This document shows positions 35,301-50,139 of a stretch of DNA of 64,000 nt, piece after piece. Location: positions 620,001-684,000 of the forward strand of contig NW_020846063.1 in assembly GCF_003704095.1 (NCBI RefSeq), in the 5' to 3' direction. This DNA comes from Pocillopora damicornis (Eukaryota). Under the pieces are notes generated by a model. It was given only the letters and a program-made list of their open reading frames with translations. It had not been told where the DNA came from and did no database searches. The translations under genes were made by a program, and so were the position numbers. The number at the start of each line of letters is the position of its first letter. Positions within the stretch are counted from its first letter, which is position 1.

Positions 35301-37480
35301 GGATAGCTGTCGCGTGGAAGCTTAGTTCTCCCAAGTAGTTGGTGATGATATGGTTTGGCCCTGTATTCCCTTTGTAATTCTGGAAAATGAACACACTCTA
35401 ACCATTTCAAGGTGTACTATACTAAAGAAATATATCCTGCTCTGGGATTTTGACTCAAAACATGACCCTAATTCTAGCTGTTTCGCGATAAAATTGCCAC
35501 AAGTTTCACTGTATAGCCTCTGGGTGAAAATATGGCACTCAAACTGAATCACGGCGTAGTCAACGTAGCAATTATCTCTAAAGAGTCGAAAGTAATCCTT
35601 TATTATCCAGGATTATATTCATTTTGCTTTGCTTTATCATTTATCAAAAATTCAAGTTTCGCCACAACCTCCGTCAACCAATCAGATGCAAAACTTAAAC
35701 TAAACGCGAATTGGTCTCTCGAGTTTTTCCGCGCCTGAAGCAGTGCGCTTGTGATTCAAGATATCTTTCGGCTCTTTAGGTATTTTCCTTCTTTTCAATT
35801 TTACTTCTCTATGGTTATACGACACTAAATTAAAAGCGCGGTGAATTTCGGATTTCATACCCAGCTTCCTCGCTCGATTGTGTCATCGCTGTCTTTCAAA
35901 ACAAGAGTCTCGAAGTAAGATCTAGACTGCGTTAACTCTTTTAACTCCCAGAATTGATCAACATTCTACTTCTCCCGATGATATCCATGCATTACTCAGC
36001 AAAAAGATAATGAGAATATTCAAACTTATCCGGCAGGAGTTGTTATTTTGATCTAACACCAAATTCTCGTAACTCAGTGATTTAATGTAAAAGGAAATGT
36101 GAAGCACCTTGACGAGAGAATTAACAATCAGATCTTGGGAGTTAAAGGTTTAAATTGGTGTACATCTCTGTGTATCATATCTCAACAACTGTCCGTTACA
36201 TTTCTATTAAAAGCTACTACGTACCGCAACTCGTCCAAGTTGGCTAGTAACATTCTTCCATCCTAACCCCAGGGAAAACGCTAAGTAGTACTTTTCTGTC
36301 CAGTTGTCTTGCAATGGATCGGCTTGAGTTTTAATTGCTTTGACGTTCTCTTTTCGTCCAAAGTTTACTTCCAAGTACTCTCCAAGGCTACTTTTAGCAC
36401 TTCTCCAACACGAGGAGCCATCAAACCGCGCCTTAAAGGCCTGAAAGCCTGGTACTTCAGAAGAAGCAGTGATTTGACCGTCCGTTATATTGCCATCCTT
36501 CATTCCCAAAGGTCGATACGGAGCCGAACAGTCCGTAGGTGATACTGAGTCTAGCAAAATAAAGTTATAATTCATGACGAGTAAAATACAGAGTTACGGG
36601 CACCCACATTGTCATCATTATTAACGAGCCTTGGGTGGTAGGTTTTTAAATATTTAGTTCCTCTGGGGGAGGGGAAATTGAGTAGGGGTGGAGGGGGAGA
36701 GAAGGACTTTCACTCCTGCTCCTCCTCGCTTGCTGAAAGGAAAAAATGTCACTTACTTTCCTGATCAGTCATTTGTATTCAGAATCAAAATCGATTTTCC
36801 AAGTTCTCACCTTCACAAACTGGTCCAAAGAATCCTTCTTTACATGCACACTTGAATCCTGGGTAGAAATCAGTAGAAATACAAACCCCATCGTTCATAC
36901 ACGGTGAATTATCACAGGGTCTATACGGTCGATGTAAGTTATCTAAATACACCGTATCACTCGAATAGACAAAATACTTAGGCTCAGCACTCAGACGAGA
37001 TGCATTGTTCAGCTCGCATAGTTGATAAGTGTACTTGAAGTTAAGACTGAAGCATTGTGGGTAATTTTGGCAGGCGGTGATACAGGTGATCAGGCCTACT
37101 TGTGACATCATTCGATACACGTGACTGATGAGAGAGTGCCCAAAGATAGAATGAACATCTTGACAACCGGTTTTTCCAGTTTGACCGGCAACAGGTTGAA
37201 ACAGGATGAGAAGTATACAAGTTATCCAAGTCTTATTCTTCACGTCGGAAAAGATACTGTGGCCCTGAAAAAGTGGCAAAATCTCAACCTGTTATTAAAA
37301 ATGAGAGGTTTTGGGGTTCCCAAAACTCAGGAAAATCAGATTAATCAAGAATTTGACCAAAAAGACCGCATTTAAAACTGAAATTTCGTTTTACTAGTGA
37401 CTCACCCGAAACCACCTCTTCGGCTGTCGGTCGTGTAAGAAACAATTTGCTGGCTTTGCAATATTTGCAAAATTGAGCAT
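35239..37480 (-). CDS. PAN/apple - EGF - F5/8 type C (discoidin) protein, paralogue A, about 331 aa
   Basis: Exons 37480-37406 (tentative first exon), 37264-36811, 36550-36225, 35379-35239; total 996 nt. CITAC...CFSLNF...CELN (PAN), PCMNDGVC...FKCACKEGFFGPVCE (EGF), PLGMKDGNITDGQITASS...IRIYP...LRLELYGC (F5/8C). Confidence 0.85.
35932..36153. mobile_element. piggyBac-type TTAA MITE (intronic)
   Basis: ttaactcttttaactcccag ... cttgggagttaaaggtttaa; same family as 24426-24634. Confidence 0.7.
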
Positions 37481-38738
37481 TTTGGTATAACATAAATTGT
37501 CATGCTTCAGAAATTTAGCAGAAAGTAACATTGTTTTAGCGTGAATCAAACAGTGAATTGACACTTTTCGTTAGTAAGAAGAGGCGGAGTAAATCATGAT
37601 ATAAGCCATGAACTTACCAAAAGAGATGACAACGTCATCCCCTGAGAAAATTGAATCATTGTCTATTGGTGTAAATTAATGACCTGAAAAATTTGAGCGG
37701 CTCGAAAACATTTCCTTCGATGAAATCCAAAATTCGTTTTCCGAGATGAAGTTGTGTTGGATTTAGCTTATCACTTTCTTTTAGTTTCAGTTTTGATTGT
37801 CAGTTTAATTGTACAGCCTTTTACAGATTGTACAGATGCCCCTCTATGACCCAATGGCAGGGTAGCAATTTACAAGATATCTCAAATCGTATACTAAGTT
37901 AATTAAATCCTTTTCAGGAGGGACATCAATCGTCAATCAACAAAAGATACACTATGGTGTACGTTGGTTTTTTATTTCATTTGGTTGAGTGACCGGAAAT
38001 TTTCTGGTATTGACCTAATGTTACAGGTGTTAAAACAAAACGAAGCAGCAAGGTGACTGAGTTCGATGTAGTTAACATTGTTACTCTTGAAAGTATCAAA
38101 GCAATATGGCTAGATATATTTTTAACGGTTTTAGGACAACGTTGTTCACAGATGGGCACAAGACAAAAGTGGATAGCGAACTAAGACAAACAAAATTAGC
38201 TTTCTGAAACTCAATATTTGAAGATTCAGCCATTTCCATCGATAGAAGTTATTCAACGAAACTAGCACTATAGCCAGGCGTAAAAGCATTTCGAATGAAA
38301 ATCTCTAAAAAATTGGAATTGTTTGTATTGAGTATCCATCCAAAACTGTAGTAAAGATCCCTCAGACTCTATGTCAATAACCTTTGAAGAGAAATTCCAC
38401 CTGCTTTTAACTCGCCTTTCTTTGGTGTTCTAGTTTCATCTAACTTGTTACAGCTTTTGTTATTCGACTTGTGTAAATTCCAATTCCTCTTCTTCCAATG
38501 AGACATTCACGGCACTCTTTGGATGCGATTCAACTAAGAAACTGTCTTGTCATGTCGTTCTGAAAATAGCATCTCACTTCCAGATGTGGTCAACATCAGA
38601 ATATTTAAATACTTCTGAATGGTTAATGACTAAACAGCAGAAGAACTGAGTTACTCAAATTCGCGTGTGCATATGTGGGAATCTTGAAATTTCGCTCGTT
38701 CCGGAGCCTGGGAACTGATGATGCTTTCTCGTGATTTT

Positions 38739-41037
38739 CTATGAGCCAAAGACGTCGCACCCATATAATTCAGTGCGCATGGCTGGTCGTTGTTCCCAAC
38801 CAATGGGGCGAATTCTTAACGCTATACATCGGAATGGTTTGCTAATTAGGTTCTTCACATAGCCATTTGCGTTTTTGTTTCCTGGGAAAACCTTTTCAAT
38901 AAAGGGAAAACAATTATTAAGAGTCGAAAATATATTCCTGGGTATTTCGCGTGATATAAGCAGCGGATCACCAGTTTGGTTGTGGTCGTAAAAAATCTTA
39001 CGACACAACTATTTTCCAGTTGAAAGAAAATTGTCCAGACGATTACATCTTTCTAGCTTGCCTATCTGGCGTTTTTTCAGCGCTAGATGCAAAGCGAAGG
39101 AAACAGAGCTTCGAATATTGGCAGCGAATCCATTCCGCCTCTCATAATTTCGTGCCAAACTTCTCGCGATTTCGTGGCATGTTCTCTCGGTTTCACCCCT
39201 CAACACCTCAAAGCGCAAAAAAAGGTCACCAGTTACGCAAGCCGGTATTTCCTCCGCCTTTGATCAACTTGTAAGCGATTCTGACTCAATCAGAATGTTA
39301 ACTGCTCATAGTAATCGATAAAGCTTAAGTTATTCACTGCAGTAAACTACTTCATATGTCTAAGGCACGTTAGACATGTTTTAAGCGAAAAAAATTATGC
39401 TAAAAAATCTTCCTCGACCTATGATTAACTTGACTCATTTAACTGGTTGGAAATGAGCTTCCATGAGAGTATAAACACTAAAATTCCTACCCTCCTACTC
39501 GCGCCATCTTTATGTTTCATCCAAGTTTTTTCATCTTCACTGTATTCAAGAAAATATTGTTTCACCCAGCAGTCTGGCACTAGGTCATTTGCATCTCTCC
39601 AGCCTTGCGTGGCTACTGCTGTTATGAGTTTCACAACAGAAAATCTAATCTTTACAGAGGAAATACAAGATATGTAATTTGCTGCTAACATATCAATATA
39701 TTTTTGAGTTAAAATTATAACGTTTTCACACACGTCGACAAAGTAAGAAGGCTGATAAAGAAGTCTATACATTTAACTAAGACATCGAGTTGGCCGTGGA
39801 AGGTCTGGGTACGAGACTATCCCCGCTCTTTCAGCTTCTTTATGTCATTTATTCACCCATTTATCTTTTAAATTAAACGACCAAAGGAGTAATGATTACC
39901 TCGTTTGAAATATCAAGCTCACACCAATAACCAGTGAAATAATTACTTCGTTTAAAACCTACCTCCAAATATGGATCCGAATCGTTTCTTAACGCTCGCC
40001 ATCCTCCAGGCTTATAAATACGACCGCTGGCTGGTGGGCTGTCGGGTTCAGACGATGATGCAGATATTGTAAAGCTGCGTAATTTGTCATAAATACCCAG
40101 TGCATCACCATCGCAATCTATGGCAAAGCAGAAAAAAAATATCAAACTTTTTTTCTCAGTAAAGGTCCATATGCACACGGTAGTGCTCCCGCAACAGATT
40201 TCAGTCAATATCAGAGTCCGTATTTGGTTATAGAGATATTGACACAAATCTGGTTCGCCTTTTAACGCATTTGATTCACAATCATAAAACCGTGAAGTGA
40301 CCACTGGCAGTGCATGGCTGATCTGAACTAAGAAAGTCAAACACGTCACGAAAAACTCAACGTAAAAAAAGAAAACTGACTGAGACTGAAGAGTCGGAAC
40401 AAAACCGCGATCCAGGTTGTAGTTTTCCATGTGATCGGTTATGAGGGAGTTGCAAGTTCTTTTTTTCTGGACCGATCAGAGAAAGAATTTAAGCAAAATC
40501 GAGGATATCCCCGGTATTTTGAAAATCGGTTGAAAATGGATGTAGTTTGAGTTACTTGTGATTCGACGTAATGATAGTTTTACTTGATAGCATGATTTTT
40601 GTCTTACCTTGGCAGCTATTTCCACTGTACTTTGATGGGCACTGACACTCGTACCCAGGATTTTTCGTCCGTAATACGCATTTGCCACCATTTTGGCACG
40701 GAGGGTGCACGCATGCGTGATAGAGGCGATAAAGATTGTCAAAATGCACCGCGTTTTCTCGCGGTAAGAGGTTTTCAGGATGCGACAATCTGGTGCCCTT
40801 GTTCAGCTCACAAGATTTTGTGGAAAACAAGTAATTTGTACTGTAGCAGTCTGGGTGTCTCTCACACTTTGCTTGGCACTTTTCAACAGACGAAGTTACT
40901 AACACGGCTATCACGTGACCTTCTAGAGCGCGGTTTGAAACTGATTGCATAGTTCGGCAATATTGCTCACCGGCGAATATTGTTCGTAAAAACAGGCAAA
41001 TGCAGTATAAAACGAAGCAGTTTTCTTCCAGAGCCAT
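38739..41037 (-). CDS. Secreted PAN/apple - EGF - F5/8 type C protein, paralogue B, about 298 aa
   Basis: Exons 41037-40608, 40117-39963, 39649-39491, 38891-38739; total 897 nt. Signal peptide, CQAKC...CYSTNY...CELN, PCQNGGKC...YECQCPSKYSGNSC, ITAVATQG, VFPGN, MRTELYGC. Confidence 0.87.
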
Positions 41038-44000
41038 TTCCAATAACGTTGGATGGATGCGATACCTACAAACGACCAAAATAACATTGAATTCGCTTTT
41101 GATTCCAAATACACGAGATTCTGCACTAACCGGTCAGATTCAGCGGTATGTTAGTCCTCTCTCTTCTGATTTTTATCCCTTGTAATGTTTTTTTCCTTTT
41201 TTTTTCCACCAATTTCAGTAGAATAGTCTCCCCATCTTTCATTTAAAATCAGAGAAACTAAGGATTTCCACTGCCATCGCTTCGGAACCTACTAAAAGAG
41301 AAAGCAACTGATTCTACAAAGCTGCTCTTTTTTAATACACACCCTCGACAATGGAACATTAATCTATATGTAAATTTGATATATCTTCAGTGCCTGTCTT
41401 TTTTGAAGATTAAACATTTATGTCAGTAAGATGACCACGGCCTCTATTATTGGATCTTATTGGTATGATTAGATCAGGAGAAACTTGCTCTGTTTTCAGA
41501 CATTAATTGTACATTTTCGTCATTTGCAACTTCAAAAAATTAAAACCTGCGTTATGATATTACCTTGTTTTGAAAGGTTGCAATAGAATTTTGCGGAAAT
41601 GCAAAAAATTGTGACCGAAAATGCATCTGTCTCTATACTTATCACAAGTATTTAATTGAAAATTATAATAGATTCTCTTCACAAGCAAGAATTGCACAAA
41701 AAAACTGCACCACTGTTCACTAGATACTTACTGTAAGGGGCACAAAACTGATTCTGGTTTATGTAGAAGACATCTTGCATACATCGTCCCTACATTTTGG
41801 TTTTACATGCATTTCATATCCCAAACGACAAATTCAAAACGAGTTCAAAGACAGCTTTATGTGTGAAATAAACTCCCTTTGGTTGGGATTTCCCTTTCTA
41901 ACACATTTAACCGTACACGGCCACGAAAATTGGTTTTTAAAAGAGAGTCGCATTTCTACCACGAAACAGCTATGAAAACCACCTGCTATGTAGAAGAACG
42001 CTGGTAATAAAAGGAAGAAAACGCGTCCCAAGTTCTGCATACTGCTCTATGATGCATTCCTTCATTTCTGAGTATTACCCTGCAGTGTTATTTTTGCTCT
42101 AAATTCATATTGATCTCGACTTACCTGAAGAGAAAAAGGCCAGTTGCTGTCTGATATATGAATGGGTTCAATGAAACAGTTAGTATCACAGTTCAAAATG
42201 GCAACTTATTGCTGTACTTCTTTACCACTTTGACGCAAATGACTTGCAGACAAACTTGTAAGTTGTATGTAGATGGAAAGATCGCCAATGAAAGTTTTCA
42301 TTATTTATTTGCAAGTCCTCATGCTGTCATTTCATGGATCATATTTCAATTAATTCTAAAAGGAAAACGATTCACTTCACTTGCGGCTGGTTAAACTCTT
42401 TGAATTTTTTAGGTAAACAAAATGTAATTAAGCGCACGGGTTTGGTGTACAGCTCCAATCTATCTGCATCCTTCAACTAAACAGCATTCATCACACATAA
42501 CATATTGCAAAGTCTGATATTAGGATAATCATGAACTGAGTCAATGAGATAGGAATGTTCCAATTTTAGCCAGTAAGTAAACTTGACTATCTATTTCTAG
42601 GAAAATGAATTAGCTGGACAAGGTTTGACATGTTTATGTGATATATATGCCTACGAGGAACCGGAAGAAACAAAAAATACCTAAAAATTTGCGTAAAAAA
42701 TATATTCCACAAATTCAAAGACAGGGTGTTTATTCTTTGATGAATTTTCCACTGAAGTATTGATTTCTTGAGAATAACCCTATTTTTCCAGTCGTGGTTC
42801 CAGAAGCCTAACAATTTTTCAGCATCTTTCCTCCGTTCAGACAAGGAACACTTTAAATCTAAGTGATCAAGGCGACGTCAGTCACTGAAAATGAAAATAC
42901 TGTTCTATTTGATCAATGTTCTGACTGATTTCATAAATGATTGACTGAATGATAAAATGTTTTCTTTCTTGTTACACACCCTGACGTCAAAAAGCAGCCC
43001 GCGTCGAAAGTCAGTAGGAAGAACTTTTCGCAAAAAGGTGACCTGCGCGGCTGGCAGTTTTTTTGTATACTTTGACGGTTTTTCGTGCGAGGTTCAACCA
43101 CCCTTTTGAGGTATGAGTCCAAGGCTTTGTCAATCTTCAGTGCTGAAATAACAAAGCCTTTGTTGGGAGATAATTTAGAGGAAACACACGTTATATTGAG
43201 TTTTCACGATATTCAATTCTTTTTACTCGTGATCACTACATCCCAGCAGTACACAACATAGTAGACTCTCCGTCTTCCGTTTACACAAAGGTGTTCTAGT
43301 TGAGTGTCGAAAGCATTCTAGGATTGCATTGATTTTGCTTTTATTACATTTATCACTTTGCTCTGATATTGGTTTCGAAAAACCACGCCACCTTCTAAAC
43401 CAATCAGAAGTAAGACGAACACTGATCGGGAACCGGCCATACTCGAACGCTTCGAACCTCTCAGCCTCTGATTTCTCACCCAGATTCTCTGCCGAGCTAA
43501 AGCGCATTTATGAAGCAACGTATGTAGCTTGAATGTAGCCCAACAAGAGAGTTAAACATGCTTCGGATGAAGAACAGTTGAACAGAGGACTAATGACATT
43601 TGTGGCACAGAATTAAATATCTTCTTTTGTTCCAGTTGGCCATTGAGATTACGGTTTAACAACATTCAAAGTGGAAGTGAAAATTCACGATACTTTGAGT
43701 AGCAGCTCCTTAAGATGGAAAGAAAGGGTTGGCAATGATCTACAAATGCACTAGCATGCCCAGAAATTACAGCTTGAGGCAATCAACGTGTTACGTACAG
43801 AATCGTTTATTACCTCTATCAGGATTCTACTAGGATGCCCAGAAATAACATCTTACAATTAGATCTTAAGGTAATCAGTGGGTTGCATTTACAGAATCGT
43901 TTATTACTTCTATCAGGATTCAATTCTTTGCAAATAAAAACTTCTGTACAGTCCCTGCCCACTTCCCTACCCCCTACCCCCTACCCCCTACCCCATGGGA

Positions 44001-45430
44001 AAATCTACTTCAGCTACTTCTGATAACTAGGACACATACCCAGACCCCTTCGGATCTTAAGTCCAACGCACTGAACATCAAGTAACTGTGTCTCACTAAG
44101 GAGAAGAAATTTGACAATAAATAACTTGAGGAATTTTCAATTTAGGGTAAAAAGAAACCGTAAAAATGACTAAGTCATTTGTGATCTGACAAAACTAGCA
44201 CAATCCTTTCAACCATTCAGAAGCAGAACTAAAACCAACTGTCTCTTTCTCACTTGCATTTTTATGAATAGAAGGCATTAACATTCTCTTAATCAGATTT
44301 TTCCATCAGTTCCTGGAGACATTTGTTTTCCTTCTAACTGGCCATTGCAATTAAATATGTTTTTTTCTGTTTTACCAGACTAAAGTGAAAAGCACTCAAA
44401 AATAGTAAAAAATAAATATTACTATGTGCGGGCTCTAGCTATTCAAAATAAATAAAAGGTGCCTTCCCATTTCATATTAACAAGTGCTTAGCTTATAAAT
44501 CACACTGTGCAGTTCATTATTAAAACAGGACCACCAACAGTTCCTAAAATGTCTGCTCTTGAACAGTAACATGGATTATGTTTGAGGCCGCAATCCAAAA
44601 CAAAATTAGTGGACACTTTGTGCCTGAATAATACACTACAGGCATCATCACAGAATACAGATATTTGTACCAAGTCATTGTTAAAATAGTCACCTCCTAT
44701 TCTGCATTGCTTTTTTTAGCAGAAGGTCACAGGCAGTGAGGTGGAGAGGGGGAGGGGGGCAAATAGATTATGGTACTAAGGTCAAAAGGAATACAAATAA
44801 CATAAAGTGGGGGTGAAAATGTCCATGCATGAACAACTTCACTGCTGATTGTAGCCTTTTGTGAAGTTGGGGACATGCTTCATTTCACTACTGCTGTAAC
44901 TTTCTGTCTAAGGCAGAGGTGGTGTCACTCACACCCTTTACAAACCAATATCACTACTATAACTTTGTCTTAAAGGCACAAGTGGCATCACTCATGCCCT
45001 TTAGCAACTGATATCACTATTAACATCAAATGTACAGAGTTGAGACTTTTGCATGACTTGATCATATGACCCAGTCAATCATGGAAAATAGTTGAGGTAC
45101 AAAACAGCACAAAATGAAAAGAGGTTGATGAATCAGTAAGACCTCCAATTTTGAAGTCTCATATATAAATGCAAGATTTTTCTATCAATTTAGTGATACA
45201 ATTAACAGCATTTGCTAGGAAGAAAAAAAGTTGCTAGATGACTTCATGCATACAAATTTGTAACAAACATCAAACTTTCAAACTTAGCTAAAATTTTGCA
45301 CAGAAATGCTTGTGCCTTCTAAATTATTGCATACCATAGCAACCTTTCATGATCCACAAGGCTGTGATCAAGTCATGCAGGGGTCTTTTTATTTCAAGTG
45401 TCCATAATAGTTCAATGAAAGTTCAGCCAT

Positions 45431-48074
45431 TCAATTAGATGGCATTTTCTGTTTCATTAACTTCCAGAAGCTTGGTGTCATGATGTCCTTCCCTTTGAAC
45501 GACTTGGTTAAGAAACTCCCAGCCACCATTCCATTTGGGAGCTGTGTTGCTCCTCCATTCCGTCCAAGAGGCAGGGCCATGGCTGCATTACCAGGCTTGT
45601 ATTCTTTTGGGCGTTTGCTTTCATTGAGCCGTTTGATATTTTCAGCAACTGCATCTGTAGACAAAATACCAATAAAAAGTAAGTTGTGATAAATACTGAT
45701 GACAGTCACAAAACCTGCTAAATAGGTTTCCTTTAGGAGTGGGAGTGTCATGACCAATTTTGCATGCGAAATGTCCCTCCCTTGATTACTTTTTAACATT
45801 TCCATCAAAATCAATCAGAGATAGTTACCCATTTTAAGACATATTTAAGGTAAATTACAAGGTCTCCAAAATGGTCATCTTGGACATTAATACTGTTTAC
45901 AACAACAAATCCTTAAAGTTTTAACTAGAAAACAAAATCTGTACAATCATCATTTAGTTATCATTTATTACCATTTTTTTTTTTAAAGATCAAGCTTACC
46001 AGCATGCAGTTTTGCAGTGTACGCTAGTTTCAATTCAGGGGTGTTGTTACAATCTCCAATAGCAAACACATTTTCAATCTCTTCCACTTGAAGGAATCTG
46101 TCAACTTTAAGACTTCCATTCTTTTCCATCTTGTCTGAGAGTTTGGATTGGTAAGCAACTGAATTGACCTTGAGTCCAGTACAGCGGAATACTAGATCTG
46201 CAGGCACACTGGTTCCCTGGTCGGTAGTAAGTGTCACTGGCCCTGTAATCCACGGTTTGTCTGAATCAAACTGTAAATGAAAATCATTTTCATAAAGTTT
46301 TCAGTAAAAAGTAACTAAAACTCAATTTTAGTAGAGCTGAGGGGAGTGTAAAAATCAAGCACCAGAAGTAGTAGGAATATACAGAGACATTGACAAATTC
46401 CTCTGGAAACATATTTGGCCTAAAGTTTCCAAAATGATAGTTTTTGCAACTCAACTCACATTCAGGTCATCCATGTCAACTCGTTCCCCAAGGACTGTCT
46501 CCACTTTCAGAGCCTTCATTCCATCCTGAATCTTTTTAACAAACTTGCGTGACAATCTGTCATCCAGTATTTGCTCCCTGTTGTGCATTAGTGTAACTTT
46601 CTTGTCTGGGAAGTCTGAGGCTAATTCACCAACTAACTCTACTCCCACAGGACCACCACCAATCACAACAATTTTGTTACTCTTTGCCACCTGAAAATGC
46701 ACAAACAAGATAAAGTGGCTCCCTTCTCTCACACCTTCTTTGTTGCACTGTCAAAAATTAATTTACTGTTTTTCACCATGGTATAGACTGTTAAATAACA
46801 AAATTAAGACCTAAGTATTGAAGAAGTAACTACACCCACCGTTATTGCCTTGTAAATGCCATTACTTGTGTTTTAAATTACTGTCACATCTTAAGTGCAT
46901 ACAGTTAATCTTGAATAAGCTACTTTATAAATACAGGCCACCTATACTTCAAAATTATCAAATAGACACAGGGTGACAGTTTCATCGCACTCTTTTGGAA
47001 CAGAACCATAAAAGAGTATCATGAAGTTTTAGGTTCTGAAGCATACCTGGTCGGCACAATCTCTGTAGAGCTTTTCAGCATCTTTCATGCTTGTTCCAAG
47101 GGGAACTTTACCTGTAAAAAGTGGAGGGAAAATTTTTTAACACTTCCTTTATTGTGATTGTTAAGATGTACAAAACAAATGAACTTTGGTGTTCTCCTAA
47201 AGAATTAGTAGACAAAGATATCATACTTTGTTGAATCAAATATGCAATACCAACGAACTAACAACAAAAATGTGAACATAACTGAAATTTCTAAAAATGT
47301 TTGGTGAGTTATGGCCATTTATAATGGAAATCAGGATACAAATGCAAACCACTGAACTACAAACAATATTGTTATTGCTCCTCATTTACTAAACTAATTG
47401 TCATTTAACACAAACTGAAGTAGAATTGGATTGATTAAAATGCCTTTATTACTGGACAAACATGCCTGAAATCTGTCTATCCAAAATTTCCCTGTATCCA
47501 AAATTTCCACGTATCAGCCACATTTTTTTATCACATTGGATATCAAGATTGTGTCAATAGTTTTAAACAAAAAGCATGGCAGCGAGTATTTCAATCAGTA
47601 TAGATCTCTCACTTTTATTTTCAGGTTAAAAATTATCTGCCAAATAAATACAATACACATGCGAGCATCTGGAGCTTTGCAATTATACACCAACATGCTT
47701 AAATACACTTTACCTGGAAATGGTACAGATGAGCCACAAGCAAAGACAAGATAATCATAACTGATTTCTTCACTGCTAGCCAGTGTCACAGCCTTTCTGG
47801 AGATGTTGCAACTCACTACACGATTCTTTACAAAGGACCCATGCTTTAAAACACCTTCATAAGGAATCAGAGTCTTGTTGACAAATGCTGGTTCAACAAT
47901 ACACCGTAATCCTGCCATGTTGTGATGGAAAGCATCTTTAGGATCAATGAGAACGACCTTGCAGTAGCTGTCCAAGTCTATCGCAAGCTTCACTCCAGCA
48001 TAACCACCGCCTACTATCACCACCTGACAGCTGTGCTTTGGTGCTGATGATGACGAGGAAGAAGAATTCCCCAT
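45431..48074 (-). CDS. AIFM2: Apoptosis-inducing factor 2 / ferroptosis suppressor protein 1 (FAD/NAD(P)H oxidoreductase), about 383 aa
   Basis: Exons 48074-47714, 47111-47047, 46690-46460, 46270-46000, 45654-45431; total 1152 nt. Myristoylation start MGNSSS, VVIVGGGYAG, DAFHHN, IVVIGGGPVGVE, NVFAIGDC, KSFKGKDI. Confidence 0.93.
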
Positions 48075-50139
48075 CACATATGCGTATAATGTGCACTCAT
48101 ATGGAACCTGAAAATGAATGGATCCATCAAATACTTTGTTTGTATGAGGGAACAAACTACCAGGGGCTCATATCATGTCAAGACATCGCACAATCATGAC
48201 AGCAATAATCACAACAGTGACACACATCAAAACATTAAGAGAAAGAGAACTCATCTCTATCTTTAGATTACAATTTCTTCAAGAGCAAGATTTAATCAGA
48301 GTGTTAAATGATAGAAGATAACATTTGAAAAGGACATAAAAAGATAATTTCCACTCAAAAAAAGTTCTAAGGATCACATTCTCAAAATACCTAATAAGTG
48401 ATAATTTCATAAAATAATTTTTGAAACATACCCAATCTGGGAAAGTTTTTAGAGCTAATTAAACCAATATGCTCTGCCTCTATTAAGCTCATTTAAAAAT
48501 CTTTTATTTCTCTGTGATTTCATCCTTGATAGTTTGCGAGATCATGTCAAAAGACCAGACACACACCTGTTAAAACTGGGCTAAATTCAGGGAATTTTCA
48601 ATTGTTGCATTCATTTTTGAGGTAAGTAAGAATTCTGCAGTCACTTCAGAAAAAAGAAACAAACTTTCTTGTTGATTAACCCCTCAAGGAGAATGGTTTA
48701 AAGTTGAAATTTTCTGCCAAGAGCAGCTGGTTGAAAATGTTTATTCCTGCATATTGCAGAATTAATAAAATATCCCCAGTTTTCCTAAACTTTACTCATG
48801 GAAAACTGATGGAAAGCTTCAAAGAAAAGATACCATCTATTGAAAAACAGTACTCATAATGTTGCACTTAATTATAGGAGGCTCTTTTTAGCAATTGCAT
48901 TTATTGTAAAGCTATTGAAAAAATGATTTATTTTAAATTAAATAAAATCCATCCTTATCACTGAAAGCTGTTGAAATCACTCTTAAAAACAGACTGCTGA
49001 AAGTAAGCAACAGTCATTGAACAATTAACTGCTTTGTTAAAAAATGTTTTGAATTCCAGCAAAGCTTTTGTCTTTTTTTTATGTAGGTTATATACATCTG
49101 TATATTTAAATGAAACACAACAAAAGTATTTGTGATTACAGTTTTCTAATCTTTACACCAGTTTCTTGCATTGTTTATGGATTCTTTAATTCAAAATGGC
49201 TTATATAAATTATGGGCTCCACTGGGTTGAAAAAAAGAAAGTATGTGTTACATTTAAAATCTTCTAGCTCTGCTCAGTTGTCATTTAACTTGAATTGGCT
49301 GATAAATCAATAAATTAAAACCTATTACGTGATTTATACAAATAATTAAATCACTTCTGTACATATTTACCCAACTAATGCTGTGAAGAAATTTGAATTT
49401 GATTGGGTGATGAAACCTTTTAGCAGAAAAAAAGTCAAGTTCTCGTAATTGTCACAATTAAGTATCTAAGTTTAGTTCCTCCAAATCTTCCAATCTCCAA
49501 GAGGAAAAATACTTTGATCTTCTTTGAAGAAGCAACATCATATTATCAAAATGTTTGAGGTTGCCACCTACGCACCGAGGAATCCAAGAATAGACCTAGA
49601 TTTACCAACACAAATAAGGCTGCATGCATAATTTATGACAAACGTACAATGTCTGTTGAAGAGAGACATTGAATATTGCTGACGAATGGCAAATGACATG
49701 ACCAAAAAATGGGTAGAAATAGTGTTAGGAATTTTTTACCCTGAAGATTCCAAGTAAGCATTGATATAAGAGTAATAATAGCAGAAGGTGTGTGCATTAT
49801 TAAATTGTATGCAAGTATGCATGAGACGCCCTCATGAAATCCAGACATTTCATTGGCAAAACCCGATCAACTGTATTCTTGCTCACAAAATTAAAATCAA
49901 AAACTTATGTACTGTTGACCTGGATTTATACTTAGAACCCTCACAGAGCTTGGATTTCTTTTATCACATATAAAGCCACTAAAATTACAGGGAATAGCTT
50001 TCTTGAACCTCTTCTGATTTTGTGCCCGGTCATGGAAAAATAATAAAAACAATTTCATATGTGTGCACGGAGACTTGAACTGTTTCATCATCGGAAGGTA
50101 TTGTTCGGTGGATAAGAACCATATCATCTACTTGATAAA

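Noticed and set aside
41775-43532. Short ORFs between the PAN gene and AIFM2
   Set aside because: No domain signature; 43295-43510 is a MITE copy.
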